Below, piece after piece: positions 34,950-47,054 of a DNA stretch of 64,000 bases (positions are counted from its first letter, which is position 1; each line of letters starts with the position of its first letter). The notes under the pieces were generated by a model, which did no database searches, was not told the DNA's origin, and saw only the letters and a list, made by a program, of their open reading frames with translations. Origin of the DNA: an uncultured Actinomycetes bacterium (GTDB lineage Bacteria; Actinomycetota; Thermoleophilia; Solirubrobacterales; Solirubrobacteraceae); NCBI GenBank assembly GCA_963812435.1, contig CAWEUZ010000005.1:67385-131384 (forward strand), written 5' to 3'. The position numbers and the translations under genes are program-made.

Positions 34950-35906
34950 ATGTCGACGACCGCGTTCGCATCGCTGCGCGCCAGCGCCCACGAGGAGCTG
35001 GTGCTGGACTTCATCGCCTACCTCGAGCTCGAGCGCGGCCTCAGCCGCAACACGCTGGAGGCGTACCGCTCCGACCTGCTGCAGTACGGCGCCTGGCTCC
35101 AGGAGCACGGCAAGGACGCGCTGACCGTGCGCCACACCGACCTCGCCGCGTTCGTCTCCGGGCTTGCCGAGGGCGGCGCCGGACGGGCGCCGGCCGCCGC
35201 GACGACGATCCAGCGCAAGGTCGCGTGCCTGCGCTCGTTCTACCGCCACCTGCGCCGCGAGGAGATTCTCGACCGCGACCCGACCGCCGAGCTGAAGGGC
35301 CCGCCGCGCGGCAAGCGCCTCCCGCACGTGCTCACGCGCGACGAGGTCGCGCTGCTGCTCTCGCAGCCGAGCGGCGGCGGCCCGGCCGCGCTGCGCGACC
35401 GCGCGCTGCTGGAGCTGATGTACGCCTGCGGGCTGCGCGCCTCCGAGGCCGTCGGCATCAGGCTCGACGAGCTGGACCTCGACGAGGGCATCCTGCGCGC
35501 GAACGGAAAAGGCTCGAAGGAGCGGCTCGTGCCGATCGGCAGCAAGGCCGTCGCGGCGCTGATCGCCTACCTCACGCTCGGGCGCCCGCAGCTCGTCGGC
35601 GTGCGCGACGAGACGCACGTCTTCGTCAACCAGCGCGGGCAGGGGCTGACGCGCCAGGGCCTCTACAAGATCGTCCAGCGCCACGCGAAGAGCGCCGGCC
35701 TGGCCGACAAGATGAGCCCGCACACGCTGCGCCACACCTTCGCAACGCACCTGCTGGCCGGCGGCTGCGACCTGCGCGCGCTGCAGGAGATGCTCGGCCA
35801 CGCCGACATCGCGACGACGCAGATCTACACCCATCTCTCCGCCGAGCGCCTGCGCGACGTGTACTTCGCGGCGCACCCGCGTGCGACCGCCCAGCGGCCC
35901 GCCTGA
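34950..35906 (+). CDS. xerD: site-specific tyrosine recombinase XerD
   Basis: The SAM-like N-domain (FIAYLELERGLSRNTLEAYRSDL) is followed by a catalytic domain with R...HTLRHTFATHLL...LGHADIATTQIYTH. Confidence 0.9.
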   Translation: MSTTAFASLRASAHEELVLDFIAYLELERGLSRNTLEAYRSDLLQYGAWLQEHGKDALTVRHTDLAAFVSGLAEGGAGRAPAAATTIQRKVACLRSFYRHLRREEILDRDPTAELKGPPRGKRLPHVLTRDEVALLLSQPSGGGPAALRDRALLELMYACGLRASEAVGIRLDELDLDEGILRANGKGSKERLVPIGSKAVAALIAYLTLGRPQLVGVRDETHVFVNQRGQGLTRQGLYKIVQRHAKSAGLADKMSPHTLRHTFATHLLAGGCDLRALQEMLGHADIATTQIYTHLSAERLRDVYFAAHPRATAQRPA

Positions 35907-35919
35907 GCGGGCGGGTGGG

Positions 35920-37077
35920 ATGAGACGTCGTCGCGCGGTGGTCGTCGTGCTCGACGCCTGCGGCGTCGGCGCGCTGCCCGACGCGGCCGACTACGGCGAC
36001 GCCGGCACGAACACGCTCGGGCACCTCGCCCAGGCTGCCGGCGGCCTGAGGCTGCCGACGCTGCAGGCGCTCGGGCTCGGCTCGATCCTGCCGCTCGACG
36101 GCGTGCCGCCCGCCGCCGCGCCGGCCGTCCACGGCCGCCTGCACGCGCTCGGCCCCGGCAAGGACTCGACGAGCGGGCATTGGGAGCTGATGGGCGTCGT
36201 CGCCCGCGAGCCGGCGCCGACCTACCCGGACGGCTTCCCGGCGGAGATCGTCGCGGCCGTCGAGCGCATCGCGGGCCGGGCGGTGCTGTGCAACGCCCCG
36301 AGCGACGGCCTCTCGGCGATCGAGGGCTTCGGCGGGCGCGCGCTCGCCGACGGAGCGCTGATCGTCTACACCTCGCAGGACTCGGTGCTGCAGATCGCCG
36401 CGCACGAGGCGGCGGTGCCGGTGGGGGAGCTGTACGCGACCTGCGCGCAGGTGCGCGAGCTGATGCAGGGCGAGCACGCCGTCGGGCGCGTGATCGCCCG
36501 GCCCTTCGACGGCGAGGCCGGCGCCTTCGAGCGCACGCCCCGCCGCCGCGACTTCGCGCTCGCGCCGCCGTCGCCGAGCCACCTCGACGCGCTGCAGGCC
36601 GCGGGCGTGCCGGTGCACGCGGTCGGCAAGGTCTCGCAGCTGTTCGCCGGCAGGGGGATCGACGCCGAGCACCCCGGCGCGACGAACGCGGAGGCGATCG
36701 CGACGACGACGTCGCTGCTGGAGCGGCTCGACGGCGGCCTGGTCTTCACGAACCTGATCGAGACCGACCAGGTCTACGGGCACCGCAAGGACGTCGACGG
36801 CTTCCACGCCGCGCTGCGCGAGATCGACGCCGCCGTCGCGTGCTGGCGGGCGCTGCTCGGCCCCGGCGACCTGCTGATCCTCACCGCCGACCACGGCTGC
36901 GACCCGCTGCACCCCGGCACCGACCACACGCGCGAGCACGCGCCGCTGCTGGCGGTCTTCCCGGGCCACGACGGCCGCCGCCACGACGGGCCGCTGGCCG
37001 ACGTCGGCGCGAGCGTCGTGCGCTGGCTCACGGGTCGCGACGCCGCGGACGTCCCCGGCAGCGCGTTCACGCCCTGA
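35920..37077 (+). CDS. deoB: phosphopentomutase
   Basis: VVVLDACGVGALPDAADYGDAGTNTLGH and LTADHGCDP, within an alkaline-phosphatase superfamily core. Confidence 0.9.
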   Translation: MRRRRAVVVVLDACGVGALPDAADYGDAGTNTLGHLAQAAGGLRLPTLQALGLGSILPLDGVPPAAAPAVHGRLHALGPGKDSTSGHWELMGVVAREPAPTYPDGFPAEIVAAVERIAGRAVLCNAPSDGLSAIEGFGGRALADGALIVYTSQDSVLQIAAHEAAVPVGELYATCAQVRELMQGEHAVGRVIARPFDGEAGAFERTPRRRDFALAPPSPSHLDALQAAGVPVHAVGKVSQLFAGRGIDAEHPGATNAEAIATTTSLLERLDGGLVFTNLIETDQVYGHRKDVDGFHAALREIDAAVACWRALLGPGDLLILTADHGCDPLHPGTDHTREHAPLLAVFPGHDGRRHDGPLADVGASVVRWLTGRDAADVPGSAFTP

Positions 37078-37083
37078 GCGCGG

Positions 37084-37638
37084 CTACGCGCACAGCGCGC
37101 ATCCGCCGGCGCAGCAGAGCAGGCACACCTCCAGGCAGAAGATGCACGCGAGCGCGCAGCACTCCAGGCACGATCCGCCCGGATTCGGCTCCGTCGTCAT
37201 CGCCTTGTCGAGCGCGAAGCGCACCTGCTCGCGGTCGAGCGGCTGCCGGACCCGCTCCAGCGCATGCTCGAGCTTCCGGCGGCTGCCGTCGTCGGGCGCC
37301 TTTGCGATCGCCTCGGCGAGCACCGGCTCGAGCTCGCCGGCGTCGCGCAGGCCGCGCATGCTCGCGAGCACGTCGAGCACGTAGCGGTGCTCGCCGAGCG
37401 TGCTCGCCCCGGCCGCCATCCGGCGCACCGGCCCGATCAGCTGCTCGACGACCCCCGCCGGGGCGTCTCGCCGCACGGCCTCGACCACGAGCGCCTTCGC
37501 GGCGGTCAGCAGCCGCGTCGGATCCGCGGCCACCAGGTCCGGCATCGCGCCGGCGTCGCCGTCCAGCCCCGCCTCGCGCAGCGCGCTGCGCCGCGCGTCC
37601 TCGTTCGCCTCGATCCAGTCGATCGCGTGTACTGGCAT
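37084..37638 (-). CDS. hypothetical helical protein with an extreme Cys-rich hydrophobic C-terminal tail
   Basis: 184 aa. The last 28 residues, CLECCALACIFCLEVCLLCCAGGCALCA, contain 10 Cys. No family recognised. Confidence 0.5.
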   Translation of the reverse strand: MPVHAIDWIEANEDARRSALREAGLDGDAGAMPDLVAADPTRLLTAAKALVVEAVRRDAPAGVVEQLIGPVRRMAAGASTLGEHRYVLDVLASMRGLRDAGELEPVLAEAIAKAPDDGSRRKLEHALERVRQPLDREQVRFALDKAMTTEPNPGGSCLECCALACIFCLEVCLLCCAGGCALCA

Positions 37639-37743
37639 GCCGTGCCTCCCGGTCGTCGTCCCGCCCTGTCGGGGGCATCTTCTGCGCCGGCGCCCGCGCA
37701 GTCAAGAAACCGGTCCGGCGCAGCGGGCGACTACGCTCCCGCC

Positions 37744-38592
37744 ATGCCCGAGCTGCCCGAGGTCGAGACGGTCCGCCGGCAGCTCGCGCCGCGTCTGGAG
37801 GGCCGCATGCTCGTCGTCTACCGCGTCAGCGACCCGCGCTGGACCGCGCCGCTCTCGCCGAACGAGGTCCTCGGCCCGCTCGTCGGCCGCCGCGTCGAGC
37901 GGCTGGGGCGCCGCGGCAAGTACCTGATCGCCGCGTTCGAGGACGAGCTGTTCCTGCTGATGCACCTGCGCATGACCGGCAACCTGCTCTACGACGCCGA
38001 GCCGGGCGCGCCCTACACGCGCGCGATCATGGGCTTCGACGACGAGCACACGCTCAGCTTCGTCGACCCGCGCCGCTTCGGCACCGGCTGGCTGCTCGCC
38101 GGGCAGCCGGCGCTCGACGCCTACCTCGGCGCGCGACTGGGCGTCGAGCCGTTCTCCGAGGACTTCACGGGCGAGCACCTGCACGCGCTCGCGCGCGGCG
38201 TGCGTGCGCCCGTCAAGGCGTTCCTGCTGGACCAGAGACGCATCGCCGGGGTCGGGAACATCTACGCCGACGAGGCGCTCTACCGCGCCAAGGTGCATCC
38301 GCTGCGCGAGGCGCGCAGAGTCACGCGCGCGCAATGGAGCCTGCTGCGCGACACGGTCCGCGAGGCGCTGCAGGAGGGGATCGACTCGGGCGGCGCGACG
38401 ATCGACGACTTCCGCAGCCTCGACGGCGCGCGCGGCTCCTTCCAGGACCGCTTCCTCGTGCACCGCCGCGCGGGCGAGCCGTGCCCGCGCTGCGGCGGCC
38501 CGATCCGCAAGCTGCTGGCCGCCGGGCGCGGCACCTACGTCTGCGAGCGCTGCCAGCCGCGCCCGCGCGGCGCGCGCATCGTGCCCATGTGA
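37744..38592 (+). CDS. mutM: formamidopyrimidine-DNA glycosylase
   Basis: The N-terminus MPELPEVE is followed by an H2TH region and the C-terminal zinc finger CPRCGGPI...YVCERCQ. Confidence 0.9.
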   Translation: MPELPEVETVRRQLAPRLEGRMLVVYRVSDPRWTAPLSPNEVLGPLVGRRVERLGRRGKYLIAAFEDELFLLMHLRMTGNLLYDAEPGAPYTRAIMGFDDEHTLSFVDPRRFGTGWLLAGQPALDAYLGARLGVEPFSEDFTGEHLHALARGVRAPVKAFLLDQRRIAGVGNIYADEALYRAKVHPLREARRVTRAQWSLLRDTVREALQEGIDSGGATIDDFRSLDGARGSFQDRFLVHRRAGEPCPRCGGPIRKLLAAGRGTYVCERCQPRPRGARIVPM

Positions 38593-38638
38593 CGTCGCCC
38601 GGAGCTCGTCGCTCGCGACGAGCGGAGGGCGAAAGCAC

Positions 38639-39634
38639 TCACCCGCTCAGCGCCCCGCTGCGCTCCTGCGCCAGCGCCATCGCCTGCTCGAAGGCGTCGA
38701 CCCACTCCCCGGCGTTCGCTTCCAGCGTCTGGTCCTTCGCCCACTTCTGCCCGCGCTTGCCGAGCTTCTTGCGCGCCTTGCCGTCGCTCAGCAGAGCGTT
38801 GAGCGCGTCGAACCAGCCGTCGTCCTGCACGAGCCGGCCGCCCTGCTCCTCGCTGAAGTCGACGTAGGGTCCGTAGTCGGAGGCGAGCCAGGGGACGCCC
38901 GCGATCGCATACTCCTTCAGCTTGATGTCCGAGCGGGTCGCGTTCCCGAGCTTGTCTATGAGCGGGGCGATCGCGATGTCGAAGCCGGCGATCGCCTGCG
39001 GCAGCTGTTCGAAGCGCAGCGCGCCGTGCGAGCGGTAGATGTCGCCCGGAAGTCTCAGGTCGATCGGCCCGACGCTCTCTATGCGCAGGTCGAGGTGCAG
39101 GTCCGCGAGCTCTTCGACGATGCTCTGAAGCCCGAGCTCGTCCCAGTCCTCCTGGTGGTCGATCCAGCCTATGTAGCCGAGCACGGTGCCCTCGTGCTTG
39201 CGCTTGGGCGCGGCCAGCGAGGCGCGCGTGATGTAGTTCGGGACCGGGATCACGGTGCGCGCGCCCATCTCGCGGTAGCGCTCGGCGAGCGCCTCGTTGG
39301 TCGTCGTGATCACGTCCACGACGGACGCCATGCCGTCGAAGCCGAGGCGCCGTTCGGGCCGCACGACGTCGTCGTCGTAGTCCCACACGACGCCCATGCC
39401 GCGTCTCGTCAGGCGTCTGGCGAGTCTCACGGCCTCGGGCTCCGTGTAGCGGCCGATGTAGGCGACGTCGAAGTCTTCGATCAGCACCGCCAGCTCGTCT
39501 TCGGTCGGCGACAGTTCCTGCTCCTCGGCGAACGTCGCGACGAGGTGGCCGCGGCGCGCGAGTTCCGTCAGCGGCTGTATGGCGCGGTAGTTCGAGCTGG
39601 GGTGAACGCCCCAGACGAATGCGGCGATGTTCAT
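38639..39634 (-). CDS. glycosyltransferase-like protein (GT-B fold, family uncertain)
   Basis: 331 aa. The C-terminal half, with KLKEYAIAGVPWLASDYGPY...GRLV, resembles GT1/GT4 nucleotide-sugar binding domains. The assignment is weak. Confidence 0.5.
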   Translation of the reverse strand: MNIAAFVWGVHPSSNYRAIQPLTELARRGHLVATFAEEQELSPTEDELAVLIEDFDVAYIGRYTEPEAVRLARRLTRRGMGVVWDYDDDVVRPERRLGFDGMASVVDVITTTNEALAERYREMGARTVIPVPNYITRASLAAPKRKHEGTVLGYIGWIDHQEDWDELGLQSIVEELADLHLDLRIESVGPIDLRLPGDIYRSHGALRFEQLPQAIAGFDIAIAPLIDKLGNATRSDIKLKEYAIAGVPWLASDYGPYVDFSEEQGGRLVQDDGWFDALNALLSDGKARKKLGKRGQKWAKDQTLEANAGEWVDAFEQAMALAQERSGALSG

Positions 39635-39712
39635 CGACTTCCCCCTGTTTCCCCCGGTGGCGACCTACGCTAGCCGACGCCCGTCGGAGGGCGCAAGCGC
39701 CTGGCGTGCGGC

Positions 39713-39970
39713 TCAGGCGCCGAGCAGCGCGGCGAGCGTTCCGTCGCGGTCGGCGGCGGCGAGCGCCTCGAAGCCGCCGAGCGTCGTCTCGCCGACGAGC
39801 ACCTGAGGGAAGGTGAGCATGCCGGTACGCTCGACGAGTGCCGTGCGTCCGTCGGGATCGCGTGACAGATTGACCTCCTCGAACGGCAGCGCGCGCTGCG
39901 TCAGGAGAGCCTTCGCGCGCAGGCAGGAGGAGCACTTCTCCGTTGTGTAGAGCGTGATCGTGTTCGCCAT
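39713..39970 (-). CDS. glutaredoxin-like protein (CSSC active-site motif)
   Basis: 85 aa: ITLYTTEKCSSCLRAKALL...TFPQVLVGETTLGGFEAL matches the Grx fold pattern (C-x-x-C, TxPQ, GG). Confidence 0.75.
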   Translation of the reverse strand: MANTITLYTTEKCSSCLRAKALLTQRALPFEEVNLSRDPDGRTALVERTGMLTFPQVLVGETTLGGFEALAAADRDGTLAALLGA

Positions 39971-40009
39971 TACTTCACTTAGGATAGCGGCCTTCGGGAC
40001 AGCGGTCTG

Positions 40010-40822
40010 ATGCCCGGCTCGCTGCGCACCGAGGCGATCGTGCTGCGCTCCATACGCTACGGCGAGGCCGACCGCATCCTGCACGTCTACACGCCCGAGC
40101 ACGGGCGCATGAGCGCGATCGCGAAGGGCGCGCGGCGCACGCGCAGCCGCTTCGGCGCGCGCCTGGAGCCGTTCTTCCACCTGCGCGCGCTCTTGTACGA
40201 GGGCCGCTCCGACCTCCTCACCGTGACCTCCGCCGAGACGCTCGACGCCCACGGGCCGCTGCGCGAGCGCGCCGCCTCGCTCGACGCCGCCGCGCGCGCC
40301 TGCGACGCGGTCTCCCGGCTGTTCGAGACGGGCGACCCGAGCCCGCCGGTCTTCCACCTGCTCGCCAACGAGCTGCGCCTGCTGGACGACGACGAGCGCG
40401 CCGCCGGCGCCGCGCACCAGCTCGCGTTCCGCCTCAAGCTGCTCGTCGCCGGCGGCTTCACGCCCCAGCTGGCGACGTGCGCCTCGTGCGGCGAGGCCGA
40501 TCACCTCAGCGGCTTCTCCGGCGCCGCCGGCGGCGTCGTCTGCAGCGCCTGCGAGGCGTCGGCGTTCCCGCTCTCGCAGGAGGCGCACGCATTCCTGGTC
40601 GCGGCGCTCGGCAGCCCGCTCGCCGAGGCCCCCGACGCGGCGCCGCGCGCGCTGCGCCAGGCCGAGCGCGCGATCACGGAGACGGCGGAGCATCACGCGC
40701 ATGTGCACCTGCGCCCGCTCTCGCGGCGCCTCGGCGCGTCTGGCGGCGTCCTCGCCGATTCACGTGCGAAGCACGCTTCACCGGCTGTGTCCTTGCCAGA
40801 CACGCCGATGCATCCGCGATAG
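40010..40822 (+). CDS. recO: DNA repair protein RecO
   Basis: The OB-fold N-terminus (EAIVLRSIRYGEADRILHVYTPEHGRMSAIAKGARR) is followed by the Cys4 motif CASCG...VCSAC. Confidence 0.85.
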   Translation: MPGSLRTEAIVLRSIRYGEADRILHVYTPEHGRMSAIAKGARRTRSRFGARLEPFFHLRALLYEGRSDLLTVTSAETLDAHGPLRERAASLDAAARACDAVSRLFETGDPSPPVFHLLANELRLLDDDERAAGAAHQLAFRLKLLVAGGFTPQLATCASCGEADHLSGFSGAAGGVVCSACEASAFPLSQEAHAFLVAALGSPLAEAPDAAPRALRQAERAITETAEHHAHVHLRPLSRRLGASGGVLADSRAKHASPAVSLPDTPMHPR

Positions 40823-40882
40823 CGACCGCAGGCCCTGGTTTCGGAAGGACTGTTCCATCGGAGCCGGTCCTAGACTCGCGGG

Positions 40883-43549
<2,667 letters not shown>

Positions 43550-43580
43550 GCCGCCAGCCCCGCCCTCGTGCGGCTACTGG

Positions 43581-44078
43581 TTAGGCACCAGGCGGCAGCA
43601 CGTTCGCGCTGCCGGGCGTGCAGATCGCCACGACCCGCATGCTCTCGCCGGGCGCTCCGTCCGCTGCGCCTCTCCAGCCGCGCGCGTCCGAGGAGGGTTC
43701 GTCCGTGACCGTGAAGAGGGCACCGGGCGAGACGCCGCCGCCGGTGGCCACCATTCCGTCCGGGCACCGCACCTCGCCTCTCGCAGTGCCCCCGCCGTCG
43801 GCCGTGAACGTCTGACTGCGCACCGTCGTGCTCAGCGACGACGGACCGGCAGGACCCTGCGGTCCGGCGGGGCCCTGCGGACCGGCGGAACCGGGATCGC
43901 CCTCCGGTCCGGCCGGACCCTTGAGGGCTCTTCTCGCGCCTCTGCTCAGGTCTCTCAGCCCGATCGAGCCGTTTCTGATGTCGGCGCCGGTGATGAACTT
44001 CGCTGCGCCCGCAGACCCGGCGGCGAGCACGGCGACGATCGCGCCGATCGCGATCGCCATGCGCCATGTCTTGGTCAT
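43581..44078 (-). CDS. membrane-anchored collagen-like (GXY) repeat protein
   Basis: ATG 44078 has GGGAGGAG upstream. A signal/anchor segment is followed by ITGADIRNGSIGLRDLS, then 9 GXY triplets (43839-43919) and a ~75-aa Cys-containing C-terminal domain. Confidence 0.7.
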   Translation of the reverse strand: MTKTWRMAIAIGAIVAVLAAGSAGAAKFITGADIRNGSIGLRDLSRGARRALKGPAGPEGDPGSAGPQGPAGPQGPAGPSSLSTTVRSQTFTADGGGTARGEVRCPDGMVATGGGVSPGALFTVTDEPSSDARGWRGAADGAPGESMRVVAICTPGSANVLPPGA

Positions 44079-44227
44079 TCGATGCTCCTCCCTGGGGGAT
44101 TTTGGCGGGCGGAGGCTAGAGCAATGAGACATTCCCGTGCAAACCCGAACCGGCCGGCCTCGCGGAGCGGCTGGGGGTTCGCGCGCGGACAGCAGGGCGA
44201 GACGGCGATGCGCCAGACTGTGCACCG

Positions 44228-45178
44228 ATGACGACGGCTGTTGCGGGATCGGCGAGCGGCATCGCGCTTCGCGGGCTGACGAAGACGTTCAGCTCGCCCG
44301 ACGGACCGGTGCACGCCGTGCGCGGCATCGACATCGCCGTCGCGGCAGGCGAGACGGTCGCGCTGCTGGGCCCCAACGGCGCCGGCAAGTCGACGACGAT
44401 CGACATGCTGCTCGGGCTGGCACGGCCCGACACGGGCACCGTGACGGTGTTCGGCCGTGCGCCGGAGGACGCCGTGGCGGCCGGCGCGGTCGGCGCGATG
44501 CTGCAGACGGGCGCGCTGATCCGCGACCTCGACGTGCGCGAGCTGGTGGCGATGGTCGCCTCGCTCTATCCCGCACCGCTGCCCGTCGACGAGGTGCTCG
44601 CGCTGACGGGCATCGAGGACATCGCCAGACGCCGCACCCACCGCCTCTCCGGCGGCCAGACGCAGCGCGTGCGCTTCGCGATCGCGCTCGTCAGCGACCC
44701 CGAGCTGCTCGTGCTCGACGAGCCGACGGTCGCGATGGACGTCGAGGGCCGTCACGGCTTCTGGACCTCGATGCGCGCGTTCGCCGCGCGCGGCAAGACC
44801 GTCCTGTTCGCCACGCACTACCTCGAGGAGGCCGACGCCTACGCCGACCGCGCGGTGCTGATGGCGCATGGCCGCGTCGTCGCCGACGGGCCCACGACGG
44901 AGATCAAGGCGCTCGTGGGCACGCGCACGATCCGCGCGACGCTCCCCGGCGTCGAGACGGCGGCGCTGGAGGCGCTCGCGGGCGTGTTCGCGGCCGAGCG
45001 GCGCGGCGAGGCGGTCGTCCTGCGCTGCAGAGACTCCGACGCCGCGATCCGCGCGCTGCTGGCGGCGCACCCCGCGGTCGCCGACATCGAGATCGCGGGC
45101 GCGGGCCTGGAGGAGGCGTTCCTGCAGCTGACCGGGGACGAGGACGCCGACGTCGCCTCGGAGGCGGTCGCGTCGTGA
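44228..45178 (+). CDS. ABC transporter ATP-binding protein (ABC-2/DrrA-like)
   Basis: Walker A GPNGAGKST, signature LSGGQTQRV, Walker B LLVLDEPT. Confidence 0.9.
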   Translation: MTTAVAGSASGIALRGLTKTFSSPDGPVHAVRGIDIAVAAGETVALLGPNGAGKSTTIDMLLGLARPDTGTVTVFGRAPEDAVAAGAVGAMLQTGALIRDLDVRELVAMVASLYPAPLPVDEVLALTGIEDIARRRTHRLSGGQTQRVRFAIALVSDPELLVLDEPTVAMDVEGRHGFWTSMRAFAARGKTVLFATHYLEEADAYADRAVLMAHGRVVADGPTTEIKALVGTRTIRATLPGVETAALEALAGVFAAERRGEAVVLRCRDSDAAIRALLAAHPAVADIEIAGAGLEEAFLQLTGDEDADVASEAVAS

Positions 45179-45912
45179 TGAGCTCCGCCTACCTGCGCTT
45201 CGAGCTGCTGCGCACGCTGCGCAACCGCCGCTTCTTCATCTTCTCGCTGGTCTTCCCGCTGATCCTCTTCTTCCTGATCGCGGGGCCGCAGAAGGACGAC
45301 CACGACTTCGCGGGGACGGGCATCCCGGCGCCGCTGTACTTCATGGTCGGGCTCGTCGGCTTCGGGGCGATGGCGGCGATGCTGAGCAGCGGCGCGCGGA
45401 TCGCCGGCGAGCGCGAGGTCGGCTGGAACCGCCAGCTGCGCATCACGCCGCTGAAGCCGCGCGAGTACCTGCGGGCGAAGGTGCTGACGGCGTACATGAT
45501 GGCCTCGATCTCGATCGTGCTGATGTACGTCGCGGGCGCCGCGCTGGGCGTGCGCATCCCCGCCGGGCGCTGGGTCGAGATGACGGCGCTGATCCTGATC
45601 GGGCTGGTCCCGTTCGCCGCGTTCGGCATCTTCATCGGCCACCAGCTGACGGTCGACTCGATCGGCCCGGTGATGGGCGGCGGGATCTCGCTGCTCGCGC
45701 TGCTCGGCGGCACCTGGGGCCCGATCGCGAAAGCCGGCTTCTTCTACGACCTCGCGCGCGTGCTGCCGTCCTACTGGCTCGTGCAGGCGAGCCACATCGC
45801 GCTCGGCGGCGACGCGTGGGGCGCGATGGGCTGGGCCGTGATGGCCTTCTGGTCGGTCGTCTTCAGCGCATTGGCGCTGCGCGCCTTCCGGCGCGACACG
45901 GCGCGAGCCTAG
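45178..45912 (+). CDS. ABC-2 type transporter permease
   Basis: 6 TM-like segments. Its start overlaps the stop of the ATPase gene (TGATG). Confidence 0.8.
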   Translation: MSSAYLRFELLRTLRNRRFFIFSLVFPLILFFLIAGPQKDDHDFAGTGIPAPLYFMVGLVGFGAMAAMLSSGARIAGEREVGWNRQLRITPLKPREYLRAKVLTAYMMASISIVLMYVAGAALGVRIPAGRWVEMTALILIGLVPFAAFGIFIGHQLTVDSIGPVMGGGISLLALLGGTWGPIAKAGFFYDLARVLPSYWLVQASHIALGGDAWGAMGWAVMAFWSVVFSALALRAFRRDTARA

Positions 45913-45987
45913 GCGTTTCGCGCTCCGGCGACCGCAAGCGGATCGCCTGCGCGCGACGTCGCTCCCGGCGCTGCCACAATCAGTGGC

Positions 45988-47040
45988 ATGCCCGTGCGCA
46001 CCCCCACGCACCCGAGCGGCCCCGTCGCCGACGCGTTCGCCGCGCGCGTGCACGAGCAGGAGGCGCGAACGCTGTCCCCGCACGCGACGCCGTCCTACCC
46101 GGCCGAGCGCGAGCGCCCGGAGGACGAGTGCGGGCTGCGCACGCCGTTCCAGCGCGATCGCGACCGGATCGTCCACAGCAAGGCGTTCCGCCGCCTCAAG
46201 CACAAGACGCAGGTGTTCGTGGCGCCGGAGGGCGACCACTACCGCACGCGCCTCACGCACACGCTGGAGGTCACGCAGGTCAGCCGCACCGTCGCGCGCG
46301 CGCTGCGCCTCAACGAGGACCTGACGGAGGCGATCGGGCTCGGCCACGACCTCGGCCATCCGCCGTTCGGGCACATCGGCGAGGCCGCCCTCGACGACTG
46401 CCTGCACGAGCGCTTCGGGCGCCGCTTCAAGCACCACGAGCACTCGCTGCGCGTCGTCGAGCGCCTGGAGCGCGACGGCGCCGGGCTCAACCTCACCGCG
46501 CCGGTCCGCGACGGGATCCTCGGCCACTCCGGCCGCGCGCCGCTGCCGCGCACGCTCGAGGGGCGGATCGTGCGCCTGCTCGACCGCGTCGCCTACGTCA
46601 ACCACGACATCGACGACGCGCTGCGGGCCGGCGTGCTCGACGAGGGAGACCTCCCGCGCGAGCCGATCGCCGTGCTGGGCGAGACCGGCGCGCAGCGGAT
46701 CGACGCGCTCGTGCACGACGTCGTGGAGCAGTCAGAGCGCGCCGGCGACATCGTCCAGGGGGAGGAGGCCGGCGCGGCGATGACGGCGCTGCGCGACTTC
46801 ATGTTCGAACGCGTCTACCTGGCGCCGGCCGCCCGCCGCGAGCACGCGAAGATCGAGCACGTCGTCCGCGCCCTCTTCGAGCACTGGTGCGAGCATCCCG
46901 ACGAGCTGCCCGTGATGACGCCCGACGCTGCCGGCGACCTGCCGACGCGCGTCACGGACTACCTCGCCGGCATGACCGACCGCTTCTGCACGCGCCGCTT
47001 CGAAGCGCTGACGGTGCCGCTCGCGTTCCCGTCGTCGTAG
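45988..47040 (+). CDS. dgt: dGTPase-like HD-domain triphosphohydrolase
   Basis: FQRDRDRIVHSKAFRRLKHKTQVF, HTLEVTQVSR and GLGHDLGHPPFGH. It lies directly upstream of dnaG, as in mycobacteria. Confidence 0.85.
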   Translation: MPVRTPTHPSGPVADAFAARVHEQEARTLSPHATPSYPAERERPEDECGLRTPFQRDRDRIVHSKAFRRLKHKTQVFVAPEGDHYRTRLTHTLEVTQVSRTVARALRLNEDLTEAIGLGHDLGHPPFGHIGEAALDDCLHERFGRRFKHHEHSLRVVERLERDGAGLNLTAPVRDGILGHSGRAPLPRTLEGRIVRLLDRVAYVNHDIDDALRAGVLDEGDLPREPIAVLGETGAQRIDALVHDVVEQSERAGDIVQGEEAGAAMTALRDFMFERVYLAPAARREHAKIEHVVRALFEHWCEHPDELPVMTPDAAGDLPTRVTDYLAGMTDRFCTRRFEALTVPLAFPSS

Positions 47041-47054
47041 GCTCGCAGGCGCAG

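Noticed and set aside
34950-35906. A tyrosine recombinase as a marker of a prophage or integrative element.
   Set aside because: Its sequence pattern and its position after pyrG and the NUDIX gene match housekeeping XerD of the conserved actinobacterial block. No phage or conjugation genes are nearby.
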